This document shows positions 36,850 to 48,929 of a DNA stretch of 64,000 bases, one piece after another (position 1 is the stretch's first letter; the number at the start of each line of letters is the position of its first letter). Under the pieces are notes generated by a model. The model was not told the DNA's origin. It saw only the letters and a program-made list of their open reading frames with translations, and searched no databases. Both the position numbers and the translations under genes were made by a program. The stretch covers positions 34,598,001 to 34,662,000 of the forward strand of contig NC_087447.1 of the NCBI RefSeq assembly GCF_036321535.1, given 5' to 3'. Source of the stretch: Camelus dromedarius (taxonomy: Eukaryota).

Positions 36850-37585
36850 CGTTATACATCTGGGCCAGGCACTGTACCTGGCTTTCCTGCAAGACCCCCC
36901 TCAATCCTCACTACAGCCCTGGTGTAGGAACTATGTGGTGGTGGCAAGCAGGGCTGCAATTGTTTTCCACTCCTCCTATCAAAAGGTAGAGTCTAATTTC
37001 CCTCCCTGTTACCTGGCCAAATGTCTAGACTCATGCCTAATGGACAGGATGTAACAGAAGTGAATTCTGAGCTAGGTGATTAAAGGCAATACATCTTATG
37101 CCTGGTTCTCTCTCTCCCTCTCCCTCTCCCCCTCCCTCTCCCCCTGGAAGCTTGCCTTTGGATCCAGCCACCATGCGGTGAGGAAGTCCAGGACATATGA
37201 AGAGGCCACATGTAACCAGCCCAACTAGACCCCTCGCTGACCACCAGCATCAAGTACCATGTATGTGAGTGAGAAAGTGAACCTTCAGGTGGTTCTAGCT
37301 TCAGGCCATCCTACTTGATGACGAATAGAGCAAAGAAAACTACCTTCACTGAATCCTGCCTGAATTATAGATGTGTGAGCAAGATAAACGTGACCACTGC
37401 TTTAAATCATTCTGTTGGGATGATTTGTTATGTAATAAAAGATTCCTGGAACAAATTCTTATTATCTCCATTGAGCAGATGAAAAACTGAGGCTTGGAGA
37501 GATGACGTCAACGTGCCTCACACAGCTAGCAATTGGCTGTCAGGACTTCAACCCAGCTGGCAAAGCTTTTACCCATAACCACTCT
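36850..37585 (-). mobile_element. MIR split by an MLT1H-like LTR
   Basis: Left half gccaggcactgt...aatcctcactacagccctggtgtagga; right half ttattatctccattgagcagatgaaaaactgaggcttggagag...cacacagctag. Confidence 0.8.
36934..37453 (+). mobile_element. ERVL-MaLR solo LTR (MLT1H-like), near complete, TG...CA
   Basis: tgtggtgg...actcctcctatcaaaaggtagagtctaatttccctcc...cagccaccatgcggtgaggaagtcca...cagcatcaa...atgtgagtgag...tgagcaagataaa...atttgttatg...ggaaca. Confidence 0.9.
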
Positions 37586-38584
37586 TCCAAACTGCCTTCC
37601 CAGACTGATTTTCCATCATCAACTCAAAGGCTTAATCAGAGAGAGTCTGATTAATCCTCAGTTACCAGAAAACACTAATCCAGACTCTCTATTCCCTGGG
37701 CATTCTGGTCAAGAGTTTAATGTATTCCCCCCTTTACTATGATTTGTAATCGTGATTTTTTTTTTGCTTCATTTAAATATTATTTTCTTGGGGAGAGCAA
37801 CTTTAAAATAAACACGTATCCGGGAGACCTGGTTAGTCTGCTGTGGGTTGAGCTGCTGGAGGTAGAGATGTGGACATGCGGAGGAAACCGATGTTTATTA
37901 GTTTCCTTTTTGTGCACAGCACGGTGCTAAGTATTTGTCATTTATTATCCTAGACAAATAGAATAGATGAAAAAAAGAAAAGTTACAGTTAGATTGAAGT
38001 CCAGTGTTTGTTAAAATCCCCCTCCCTCCCCAGGTCTTGCCCCTCCCCCACTGCCCCATACCCCACTGACGGGTGTTAAAATCTCTATTCCTTTCTTACT
38101 GTGATGCCATTAGCAACACCTAAATTCAGAATCATCCCCCACTGTTTCTGTTACTTAAAGGCACAGGACTCTCTTCGGGACACATTAACAGTGAGTGTCT
38201 TGTTCACAGCAAGGTCCTCCTCAAATTCAAGGGGTCATTCTTAATGTCACTAATAAGGTTAAGGTTAAGGTCTGAAACTTAGAGCATCAAAATTCAATGA
38301 AGGTTGAACTCGAGGCTCGTAAGGAAATCACGGATGAGGACAGTTCCTCTGCCAAAGGTGTGCAGACAGGACAGGAAGAAACCAGGTGGAGGGCTTTGGG
38401 AAGAGGTGGGAAGGGACAGAGGTGAACTGCTGAGAAAGAGCCGACTGGTTGCTGAGTGTGAGGCAGGGGGACATGGGAAGAGACTCTGATGCATAAGGCA
38501 GCCCAGAAGGGGTGCCTCCTTGGAAGTGAGCTGTAATGATGGCAAGAGGTGAGGTTTAATCAGAATGGAGTGGGACTGAAAAGA

Positions 38585-38870
38585 GGCAGTGTGGTGCGGT
38601 GAGTACTACCACACAAAGGCCTGGGGACACAGTGAAGCTGGTGGAATGTCGGCCCCACCACTTACTTGATCTGGGATGCCCATGGATAAATTACTTAGGC
38701 TCTCCGCCTCTCGACTTCTTCATCCTTAAAACAGGAATGGGACTGGAATAGCTTCTACATCTTGAGTAACTGGAAGGGATAATGTTACCACTCTCCTCAT
38801 AGGATCAGTGAAGATCCAGTGTGTAAGGACCACGCACGGTGCCTGGTGTGTTGTTACTGCCCAAAAACTA
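38585..38870 (+). mobile_element. MIR fragments
   Basis: gcagtgtggtgcggtga...ccaccacttact...ataaattacttaggctctc...cttcttcatccttaaaacaggaat...cacggtgcctgg. Confidence 0.65.
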
Positions 38871-38894
38871 GTGACCGTTCCTAAAACTCCCCAC

Positions 38895-39305
38895 ACTCGC
38901 TTCCATCTCAGGGCCTCTCCTATATTTGCTTCCTTTTCCCCAGATCTTCCGGCTCCTTCTCAGCTCATAGGGTCTGCCCCCGAAGTCCCACCCCTAGAGA
39001 AGCTTCCCTCATCACTTTTCCCAGTGCTCCCTACCGACCCTTCACCTTGTTTGACTTTCCTCACAGCAGGCAAACAGGAGGTGTTGCTCACTTGTTCTCA
39101 GTTATGAGACAATCCATCAACCCAGTCTCTCCACTCCCTGACTACTTGGTTTGATGCTCCGTTCCCCTCCTAAGTGAAACTTCATGATTTATTTCTTTGT
39201 TTTACTTGTGTATTGCTTCTCTCCAGGGTTTTATCCATCTTGTTCACCCTGCATCCCCAGTACTAGCACATAGTAGGGGCTCAGTAAATGTTTGCAGAAG
39301 GGTGA
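38895..39305 (+). mobile_element. L2 3' fragments
   Basis: catctcagggcct...agagaagcttccct...catcttgttcaccctgcatccccagtactagcacatagtaggggctcagtaaatgtttg. Confidence 0.75.
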
Positions 39306-40024
39306 AATTCATATTGATTATTATTTTGTAGGCAGGAAGCAGGATCAGGCACTTGGGGCAGATCTGGGAGCTATCCACCAAGGACCAAAAACAGAGGCAG
39401 GGAGATGATAAGCTCTTGCTTGGGGAGACACCAGAGACAGAAAATTATGGGTTGAGGACTATCCCTCATGAAAGGCTACAGAGAGGGGTTGGGAGAAAGA
39501 GTCAAGAGAGCCAAAGAAGGATCATCACAGCCTTAGGCTGCCAGCACCTGCACAGCTAAGCTCAGAAGAAAAAGATGACCACGGGGAGGACCCAGAATGG
39601 GCCCTGAGCATCAGAAGATTATCACTGAATTAGGCTCCACATGTAAACAGTCCCACAAATTTATGAGCCTGCACAAACAATTGTTTCTGGAATGTTTGTA
39701 CAAACGGTACAGATTATGAAACTCTGGCCAAAGGATAAAAACATCACATGTGGCCAGGGTCATGGAGAAGCCTGGGTCATTGAAGAGAGGGCAGGGATTC
39801 TACTTCTGACCCTAGGCCACAGTTTTTCCAGTCTGACCAGCTCACAGTTGAGAGGTGATGTAAGAACATCCCTCCTCAGAGCTTAGGCCTATGGGCTGGG
39901 CAGGTGGCTTTCAAGGAAGTTCAAGTGGCTTAGGCCAAACTGTTTATGCCACAGAAGCACAGATGAGATGTTTAGAAAGAGCAAGCTTTGAAAACAGTGA
40001 AGCACTCAGAGTAGCGTAAACATC

Positions 40025-40260
40025 TTTAAAGTAGCTACTGTGTGCCAGGCATGACACTGGCCCGTTTCTGTCAATTCCGGCATTGCACCTTGCAACAGCT
40101 CTACAAGATGCCTGTCCTGGATATTTATGGTCCAGATGAGGGAGCTGAGACTCAGAGAGGGAAAAGGATCTGCTCAGGGTCACAAATCTGGTGGGTGGGA
40201 GAACAAGATTCAAATCCAGGCATTTTGAGTGCATATTCTGTGCCTTTTCTGATATGTTGC
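40025..40260 (-). mobile_element. MIR
   Basis: ctactgtgtgccaggca...cagatgagggagctgagactcagagaggg...gctcagggtcacaaatc...gattcaaatccaggca. Confidence 0.85.
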
Positions 40261-40659
40261 AGCAGCCTCCGAAATGCAAGACACTTGGTAAAAGCACATT
40301 GCGCTGCCAATATGCAACTTGATGTGCGCAGGTGAGCAGTGAATGTGTTTATTTCCCAGCTCCAGTAGGCTAAAGGCCCTGTCTTAATACCCTCTACGTC
40401 TCTGGGGCCTAGAGCCCTGCCTTGTGCATAGTAGTTAGTCATTTATCCAGTGTTGGTGGAGTTGACTAGCTGGTGGATTGGCTACTAGCAAACAGCAGGC
40501 CATGTTTCCGCTCACTCTCTTCAAGGATGAACAAGTCTATGAGATCTGCTTCCATCCACTGAGGAAGGAGGCTGGCAGGTTCTGTGGCGGTGAGCCTGAA
40601 TGTCAGGCCAAAACGTGAGCCTGGCCCAGAGTGGACAACAGGGGGCAGAGCAGAAAGCA

Positions 40660-40860
40660 CACAGCTCTGGATTTAAAAGGACCTGGACTAAAATTGCAGC
40701 TTCATGGCCAGTGCTGAGATCTTAAACAAGATATTTAACCTTTCTGAACCTCAGCTTCCTCACCTATAAATGGGGATAACACCACCTGCCTCTGGAGTTG
40801 TTGTTAAAATACACATAATAGATGTAGAGTCTGGGACACACAGTGTTCAGAAAACTAGGG
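40660..40860 (+). mobile_element. MIR
   Basis: tatttaacctttctgaacctcagcttcctcacctataaatggggataac...cctgcctc. Confidence 0.8.
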
Positions 40861-41569
40861 CCATTTTGAATTTTAGGGCAATGGCAGAATAAGAACTCAC
40901 AGATTTTATTTTGCCTAGTGTGTCCACACTACTAACATCTATTTCATAAGAAATCACAGGGAAAGCAGCTGTTCTCCAAATCCACCCACCCCACCTCCAC
41001 CACCCACTCCACCTCAGACTGCCTCTCAGCAGCAAAACCCCCACTCATCTACAGCTCAATCTTTCCATGTATATTATATTGCAGGAAGTTTAGAAAAGCA
41101 GATTCTCAGATGGAATATATATTACATGGGTGTTTTTAATACCTAGCAATTAAAATCTTCAGAATGAGACAGAGAATCAGCAGGAAAACTTTCAGTGTCT
41201 CCAGTGAGGCTCGACCTGGAGGAGGCCAGACACAGGACGCGGGATGTAGAGCTGGTTTTTCTAGGATGGGGAACAGCTGGAGAAAGACAGCCTCTTGCAA
41301 GGTCTGTCAGAGATGAGCGATGTGCTTGCGAGGAGAGTCACACATGTCCCTTTATCCTGAAAAACTCCAACATGCAATTCACAATCCACTGTTTTAGAAA
41401 GTATTCTAAAACATGCAAAAACATGCACATTGTTTCTAAGAGCCTTAACCCCTTTTCCCTCCCGTTCCAAAGTCGGAAGTTTTTTGGCCTGGAGTTTTCA
41501 AGGTTTCACCTCCTGGGAAGCTGGTCGATGTCTTCTAGCCTTGTCATTTATTTATTTTTTTACATGACT

Positions 41570-41715
41570 ATCCTGTGCATTTGAGTCACCGGAAGAGGAT
41601 CTGGTTAAAATGCAGATTCTGATTCAGTAGGTCTGGGAAGGGGCCTGGGATTCTGCATTTCTAACAAACTTCCAGCCAATGCTTTCAGTGCCGGCCACGC
41701 ACTTGGTGTGGAGAG
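41570..41715. mobile_element. hAT-Charlie MITE (MER5A/B-like)
   Basis: gttaaaatgcagattctgattcagtaggtctggga...gggcctgggattctgcatttctaacaaacttcc is the MER5 core. Confidence 0.9.
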
Positions 41716-42563
41716 GCACAAGGATGCTGGTGGGTGCCCACTGACTGGGTCCATCCAAAGGAGCCAGATGTTAGCAGATTCTTCCTCTCCATTGAACTTT
41801 CTTCCTCAGAACGGAGCTCTTAAATCAGGCTTGAATATTAAAGAACTCTATTTAAATCAAATTACAGCAAAGAGCAAGATTTAGAGAAAATGAATGACTT
41901 CTCCACTATTGTTATTCTGAACCAGTTTCAACCAATTTCACCTGGCAGAAGAAAGTCTCCAGTCGTCCATTCACAGCCTCTGGGACTCTCTGGGTCAAGT
42001 CCTCTAGAGTCCACCCCTTCTCTGGAGCCAGAGCCCCAGGACTTTTCTGCATCCTCACAGTCTCACTCAACACCCACCGACTGCACTGTCCCTCCGTCAC
42101 TTCACGAGGGGAAGAAAATACTGTTCTGTCCCACGCGGTTGGCAAAAGTGGGAAGAGAAAGAACATGTTCCCGGGAGGGAAAGCTCTGTGGGGCTCAGAA
42201 GCTTCTCTTCACATCCCAGCTCCCAGCCCATGGTCCTGCCACAGCCACCAGCAGTTCCTGAGACGTTCCACGCAGCTCGGCCCCACGTCTTCCTCCTTGA
42301 AACGCCTCCCACTTTGACCACCTCCCTTTCTTCATGAGGTCTGGTGCTCTTACTCATCCTCAAATCTCAGCTCTGGAAAGCTCCCACTTTGCCAGCCCTT
42401 TCCCCATTGCTGCTCCACCTTCTTCAGGCATCACGTCCCAGAGCACCTGGCTGACCAGGATCACAAATGCTTAAAAGCACATCCAGCAGGATAAGGAGGA
42501 TCTTAAACTAGAAACGGGAACTGAGGAACCAGCCTTTCTCTCCCAAGAAAGGGCTTGTCAACG

Positions 42564-42616
<53 letters not shown>
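42564..42616. repeat. Compound microsatellite (TC)12(TG)14
   Basis: Counted directly from the sequence. Confidence 0.95.
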
Positions 42617-42618
<2 letters not shown>

Positions 42619-43204
42619 AGTAAATGAGAGACTGAGAAAGTGATATTACTGAAAAAATTCACAATGGGACAAAAAAGGAGATTTTGGGGAATGAAGTGTT
42701 TCTGGCCACCCCTCACTCACCTTTGCCTACACTTCAGCCCAAAGAAGGGCCTGCTGTCCTCCCGCTGGGTGGGTGGCCTCCACTCACCTTACCTTCTCTG
42801 CTTTTTCTTTCTCTGTGTTTATCCCCAGTCCTTCTCATACCCGATTCTTTTCAAGGAAATTATTTCTGAACATCATGCCCACCTGCCCATCACTTTTTTT
42901 ACCCTTCACCTGCTGCCCTTTTGAGTCATGGAGGTAACATCTCTAACAAACCTCAAACTATAAAACTAACGCACTTCAGTTTTGCAAAGTCACGTTTTCA
43001 ATCCACCAAACCAAGGTCAAAGTTACAGGCACATTCTCCTGGTATTATACTATGGCTCACTGAACACTGATGAAAAATGCTGGAAGTCATTCTAAGAGCT
43101 GTTCCATCTCAGTCTTGAATTTGATGATACAGGCTCCCCACTGTCTCATGTCATCTCTGAGAATCAGTTCAAGCACATCCTGTGTCTCCAAGAAGATTCA
43201 GATT

Positions 43205-43440
43205 CAATAGGCATTCATTAATGGCCTACCACATGCCAGGATTTTTTTTTTTTAACATGGTCCATTAAATCAGCAGTATGAACTAGGTATGATTATACCC
43301 ATTCCACCCAGGAGAAAACAGAGGCTCAGAAAATTAAAGTCTGGGGACTTTCCCAAGATCGCATAGATAAGAAGACCTCACAGGGTCATAGTCCAACCCT
43401 GCCCCCTAACTTAAAACCCAGAGCTCTTTTCACTATAAAA
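43205..43440 (-). mobile_element. MIR
   Basis: cctaccacatgccagg...taggtatgattatacccatt...ggagaaaacagaggctcagaaaattaaag...tttcccaagatcgcatag. Confidence 0.8.
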
Positions 43441-44171
43441 TGATACCAGTTTCTCACATCAGAGCTGCTCCTTCTGTGTCACTGCATCAGTGCCTGGTTC
43501 AATGCTGGGCACAAAAAATTATTCGTTGGATGGATTTAACTTTTGCCTTGCATTCATGCCTTTGGGCAAGTCAACAGTCTTGCCAACTTATGGCTTCAGA
43601 CTGTGTAAATTTAAGATAATTTTCTTATATTGAGAGATTAAAATGTGGCTATATTTAAAAAGAGATTGAGGGGGAAAAGTTTCAACAAATGGAATGAGAT
43701 CATTATTAATGCCATGCACTCCCATGCATTTCTTTTCGAAGAACTTGAATGCAGAGGTAAAAGGTAAGAGGATAAAAATGATCTCTTTCCTGTTGAAGAC
43801 AGGCTCAAGTGTGGAAAAAAATGACAGGCAAACAAAGGCACCTCAAGACTCATATTTCTGGTGAAAAACACCTTTTTTTTCAGTTGCCAGATTTATTTTG
43901 AAATTTGTTGTAAGATAATACATGTGTCTGAGAATCAAGAAAATATGGTAAATAACACTAGCTATATGGTGACTGACTTAAAGCTTCATTTCACAAACTG
44001 TCTACATACTCCTTGAAGGCATGAACTATGTTTTATCCATCATGAAACCTAAATACGTAATTGTTGGAGAAGTGCATGAATGAAATAAACATATTTATCC
44101 AGAACCTATTTTATCACATAAGTCAAATCATTATGAATAGAATTTATTTAATATGAACAGAATTTAAGCTG

Positions 44172-44520
44172 ATTCCATAAGAGCAATGAACTGAGATCCC
44201 AGTTGTTCCACATCCTTACTAACTTTGGGAGTTATCAGATTTTTTTATTTTAGCCATTCTAATGGGTATGAAATGGTATTTCATTGTGACTTTAAATTGT
44301 ATGTTCCTTATGACTAATGACGTGGAACTCCTTTTTTTGGGTTTATTAGCCATTCCTAGGTCTTCTTTTGTGAAGTTCTCGTTCAGATCTTTTCTCCATT
44401 TTTTACTGAGCTGTCTTTTTATTGTTAGTTCATAGGAAATCTGTACATATTCTGAATGGGAGTCCTTTATCAGGCAGATCCATTGTGAATATTTTCTCCC
44501 AGTCTGTGGTTCACTTATTC
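44172..44520 (-). mobile_element. Ancient L1M ORF2 C-terminal fragment
   Basis: ORF 44219-44533 KDLNENFTKEDLGMANKPKKRSSTSLVIRNIQFKVTMKYHFIPIRMAKIKKSDN matches L1 ORF2 KDMNRHFSKEDIYAAKKHMKKCSSSLAIREMQIKTTMRYHLTPVRMAIIKKSGN. Confidence 0.92.
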
Positions 44521-45074
44521 TTGCAAAAAGCACGTTTTTTTACAAACTTGAAACAAACTCATTCACACCCATTAGGTCTTTGGCTCCAATGGTGGGAAAA
44601 CCCGTGGTGAGTGTCAAAGCCCAGAGAAGGCTGCCATGCCAGATGCCCGGTTACACCAAGGCTGGCAGTCATTGGTTTTCATCTGGTGGTCCTCAGTCTG
44701 TCCAGAGATGCTCATGCGTACTGGGCACCTGGAGAGCGTCACGGGACACCTGGTCCTGTCGAGGACAGGATTAACATTGGCAGCAGCACTTTTGTAGGAA
44801 AGGAAGGAGTGGAGACATCCCTGCGGCGTGTGTCCATACAAATCATACCCATAACATTAAACATCCAACAACCAGCACCCAACTAAACCACAAATGACAG
44901 CAACACAACCCTAAACTAGGTATGTCCATAGGTACGTGTGTCAACTCACATTCGTCTTTGTCTCTCACACTGTCCAAGTCAACATCCACACAAGGTGATG
45001 AGGGATGTTCAATGTCATGGCTAATGCAGGCAAAACCAAAAAAGAAAGAGTTTTATAACTTAGTTTTTTCTCTT

Positions 45075-45738
45075 TACCTATATAATGCCTATTTAAGATA
45101 GAAAATCTAGGAAGTACAGATAAGCAAAGAAAAGAAGAAACTCACGAACTCCACTCCTCAGAAATAAACATTTTAATATTTCAGGGTATATCCTTTTAGT
45201 CTTTTTCTTCTGTATATATATATGCTTCATTTTTATTTTTAAAAATGGGTGTATGGCACTGATAAGGGATGTTGAGGGTAGGGGAGTATATATGTGTGGG
45301 TGGGGAGGGCTATGTGCAAACTCTCTGTATTTTCTGTTCAATTCTGTTGTGAACCTGAAACTGCTCTAAAAGAATAAAATCTATTAATAAAAAAATGAGT
45401 GCATGGAATACACACTGGTTTGTAATCTGCTTTCTCCACTTTTTTACTGTGAATATTTTTTTCATGTCATTGCATGGCTCTCTATTATATATGTTTAATG
45501 GCTGGATGGTTTTCAGCTGAATAGATGCACCATGGTTTATTTAACCAACTTCCTATTGCTGAAAATTTAGCTTGTTTACAATTTTTCACTTAAATGCAAT
45601 ACTAGGGTAAACATTTTAATAGCTAAACCTTTGAGCATCCAAGATTACTTTCTTAGAATAAATTCCTGGAAGTGGAATTGCTGGGTCAACAGTCATGCAA
45701 ACATTTTAGGTTTTGACACATAGTGGACAACTGCTCTC
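45075..45738 (-). mobile_element. Ancient L1ME-like 3' end, interrupted at 45257-45390
   Basis: tagaaaatctaggaagtacagataagcaaag...; tttaatggctg...gatgcaccatggtttatttaaccaa...cctattgctgaa...aattcctggaagtggaattgctgggtcaa. Confidence 0.85.
45257..45390 (+). mobile_element. L1MC1/2-like 3' terminus with degenerate 16-bp TSD
   Basis: aactctctgtattttctgttcaattctgttgtgaacctgaaactgctctaaaagaataaaatctatt; TSD aaaaatgggtgtatgg (45241-45256) vs aaaaatgagtgcatgg (45391-45406), 14/16 identical. Confidence 0.85.
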
Positions 45739-45759
45739 TCACTAAAAGGAAAAAACTTT

Positions 45760-45975
45760 CACATTTATTGAGCAAGTTTGCAGCAGGTGCTGTGCCTGGG
45801 GCTTTAGCTGCATTACCTCTAACTCCTGGCAACAACCCAGCAAGAGTGGTATTGCCTTGAATGCACAGAGGAGGCCTCTGCAGCTCAGTGAGGATGGAGG
45901 CTACTTCAAAGCTATTAAGTGGTAAGCCAGGGCCAGAACTCTGTTGGGTCTGTCTCTAATGCCTGTGCTGTTTCC
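45760..45975 (-). mobile_element. MIR
   Basis: acatttattgagca...caggtgctgtgc...caacaacccagcaag...cagaggaggcctctgcagctcagtgagg...ggtctgtctctaatgcctgtgctgtttcca. Confidence 0.75.
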
Positions 45976-46056
45976 AAACTTCACCCTCTCGGGCTCTGTT
46001 TACTGTGGCAGAGAAGTAGACTCAGGCACTTCGTAAGGGCTCTTTTAAAAGGCTCT

Positions 46057-46451
46057 ATATTATTAAGGGTGGAAGGAGCTCATAACTATAATAATATCAA
46101 TATCTGAGTGACTTAACCCAATGGTTAAGCAAAATGGTCTCTTGCTTACATCACAGTTCAGTATAGGGGTGAGGCGTGGGGTGGGGGCTTTGCTCCATGT
46201 AGTCATTCAGGTACCCAGGCTCCTTCCATCAGTGACCCTCCTTTACGTCCTCTGGGATCAGGATGGGAGGATTATCTGGGGGGGTGGTACAAGCCTGGAA
46301 GTGGCATACATCCCTTCTGCTCATACTCCGGTGGCTAGAATTCACTGATGTGTCCATACTTCACTGCAAAGGAAGCAGGGCCATGTAGTGAGGCTGTGAG
46401 CCCAGGAAGAAGAGAGCACAGGTCCCAGTGAACTCCAGTAGGATCTGTCAC
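46057..46451 (-). mobile_element. MaLR LTR (MLT1J-like)
   Basis: gctccatgtagtcattcaggtacccaggctccttcca...gcctggaagtggcatacatcccttctgctcat...ggctagaa...ctgcaaaggaagcaggg...cccaggaagaagag. Confidence 0.85.
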
Positions 46452-46529
46452 TGGGTTGAACAACTGGACTTCCCTACTAACCCTCAGTCAATGAGAAAAA
46501 TCCGAGAATCCCTCACTCAGCCTAATACA

Positions 46530-47115
46530 GAAGTTCAGTGCGGGTATCTTACAGTCAGACATCCTGGATTCAATCCCAGTTCTGCCCTCACAAGCTGTGC
46601 ACCTTTGGGAGTAACAAGAGTAAGAGCAGCTAACAGACTGAGTGTTCTCTGTATATGAGGTAGTATTGTAAACAGGTAAGCACTTAAACTTTGGAGTCAG
46701 ACAACTTAGGTTCAAGTTTGGCTTTGTCACTTGCTAGCTGTGTGACCTTGGGCACATTCCTTAACGTTGCTGTGTGTCAGTTTCCTCACCTAAAAAATGA
46801 GGCTAATAATGGAACCTATATCAGAGTGGTTATAAACATTAAATGTGTTGTACCTATTAAAGCACTTAGAACAATGCCAGGCAAAGAACAAACCTAACCT
46901 AAAGTCTAGCTATACTATTGTCGGGATGCTGTGCCAGGCATTGTGCTCAGGGCTTTGAAGTTACTGGACTTCTTTGAGCCAGAGTTTCCTCCTCTGTAAA
47001 GTTGAGAGATAATCACATGCCACACAGCTGTTGTTTGCATTGAAGCAAAGTTAGTTATGGAAAGCGCAGCCCAGCATCTGGCCGGAGTGAGATGCTCATG
47101 AACAGCAGGCACTGC
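46530..47115 (+). mobile_element. Cluster of 3-4 MIR fragments, mostly + strand
   Basis: cctggattcaatcccagttctgcc; ttggagtcagac...ctagctgtgtgaccttgggca...cagtttcctcacctaaaaaatgagg...taaagcacttagaacaatgccaggca; gagtttcctcctctgtaaagttgagagataat. Confidence 0.85.
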
Positions 47116-47765
47116 TAGTCTCCCCTGTGGGTTCTAATTCATCAAGGTCAGCACAGTTGCCGCCCCCTGTGCTGCTGTCAAAGGTCACAGGCAACAATTC
47201 CAGGCCCTCATTCAGTATGGGCCAAGAGGGAAAGAATTCTATAACCAAAGCCGTCTCCTGCACTCAGCTCCCGTCCCATTGTACATGGGAACACGGTGTC
47301 ACGAGCGCATTATTCCACTCCTGAGGATGCCATGCCCTTCCCCCTCAGGCTCTATTCAGCTTAGATTAAAAAGGCACTGCCTTTCCCAGCTGCCTTTTTG
47401 AAATATTCATCCTGCAGACAGAGATTCCAGTGCACAAGGTGGCCCCTTGGAAGCCCAGGGGACTCCTCTTGCCGGCAGCACACCCACCAAGGCGCCAGGT
47501 AGTGATAGGCCCACTGAGCAGCCTGTGGACTAGTCCTGGCCACCACCCAGTAGGCTGGCATAGGATACTCTGCCCATACCAGCCTCAACTCCATCAGTCC
47601 TGCCTGGTTCCTTCCCAGCGCCTCTCTGCTCTCAGAAGCCCAGGAAGGGTCTCTCTAAAAGAAATCTCCTAAGTTCTGTGTCCTGGTCACCTTTCTGGAT
47701 CTCCCACCTCTCTCTCCTTGGTCCACCATTTTTTGGGTAGGCAGCTTAGTCAAGAATATCTCTTT

Positions 47766-48155
47766 GGAGATCAGATTTGTGAGGGGAGGACTGGAGAAAA
47801 GTGGTCAAAAGTTACAAATTTCCAATTAAAAGATAAATACTAGGGATGTAATGTACAACATGATGACTATATTAACACTGCTGTATGTTACATATGAAAG
47901 GCGTCAGAGAGTAAATCCTAAGATTTCTCATCATAAGAAAAACAAATTATTCTCTTTTTTTGCTCTTTCTTTTTATTGTATCTGTATGAGATGACGGATG
48001 CTAACTAAATTTATTGATCATCTGATTACGTCTGTAAGTCAAACCATTAAACTGTACACCTTAAACTTACACAATGATGTATGTCAATAATATGAGGGGA
48101 AAAAAGAAAAAAGAAAACTTCCATCCCTCTTCACATTAAAACTTAAAAAAATAAA
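47766..48155 (+). mobile_element. Laurasiatherian L1 3' end (L1MA9/L1_Art-like) with 14-bp TSD
   Basis: gtggtcaaaagttacaaatttcca...actagggatgtaatgtacaacatgatgacta...gagtaaatcctaag...ctgtacaccttaaacttacac...atgtcaat; TSD aagaatatctcttt (47752-47765) vs aaggatatctcttt (48156-48169). Confidence 0.9.
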
Positions 48156-48929
48156 AAGGATATCTCTTTAGCACTGAAGAGCCAAATGACAATGACCCTG
48201 CATTTGCCCTGATGTTCTGCTTGGTTCACTTCTCCCCAGGTTGTCCTGTCCCTCTCCCCATCCCAGCTCCCAGGACACCAACTTGCTCTTCAGAGTCCCA
48301 TCTGCCACCACCCTCATCTCATATCCCCTCCTCACTTCCCTCCTCACTTCCAGCCCCCTTTTCTCTGGGCCGAAAATTTGGTGACCCTGAGCTTGGCATC
48401 TGCACCTCCAGAAAGGGTCAGGGCCTCCCTCTTCTTTCATAAACTGCTCTGCATGTTTGCCAACGGAACACAGGCACACAAATTTTGAAAGTTCACCAGC
48501 ACCAGGGCTATATCTTATCATCTATCTTTAATTCATGCAATCACTTAAGTATTTAAATACTTAAATAAATCTGTAAATAAAGTATTTCATAAATGTCTCT
48601 GCCTATTCACTATACTAGGTGCTGGAAATATACAGTCTAGTACGGTGAATTCCTGCCTTCACAAATCTCCTTGTCCAGTGTGGGAGCTGGACAAAGAAAC
48701 AGATAATGAAGAGACAGAGTGATGACTGTGACAGGGGACTAAGCACAGAGTAGAGAAACTCTCCCAACTTGGGGGATCAACAAAGGCTTCCCAGATGAGG
48801 TGATGCCTTACTGAGCCTTAAAGTAGGAGGAGAACCAGCTGGGCAAAGACAGGGGAGATAGAGGAGCCTTCCAAGCAACGAAGAGGGCAGGGATGGAGTC
48901 AAAGAAGCAAGGAACAGTAGAGAAAATGG

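Noticed and set aside
7645..42930. Scattered AP-1 sites (TGAGTCA/TGACTCA)
   Set aside because: About a dozen 7-mers without clustering is roughly what chance gives in 64 kb.
44219..44533. 104-aa ORF as an exapted L1 protein
   Set aside because: It is an isolated C-terminal ORF2 fragment with no start or splice context; an open frame of this length is expected by chance in old L1.
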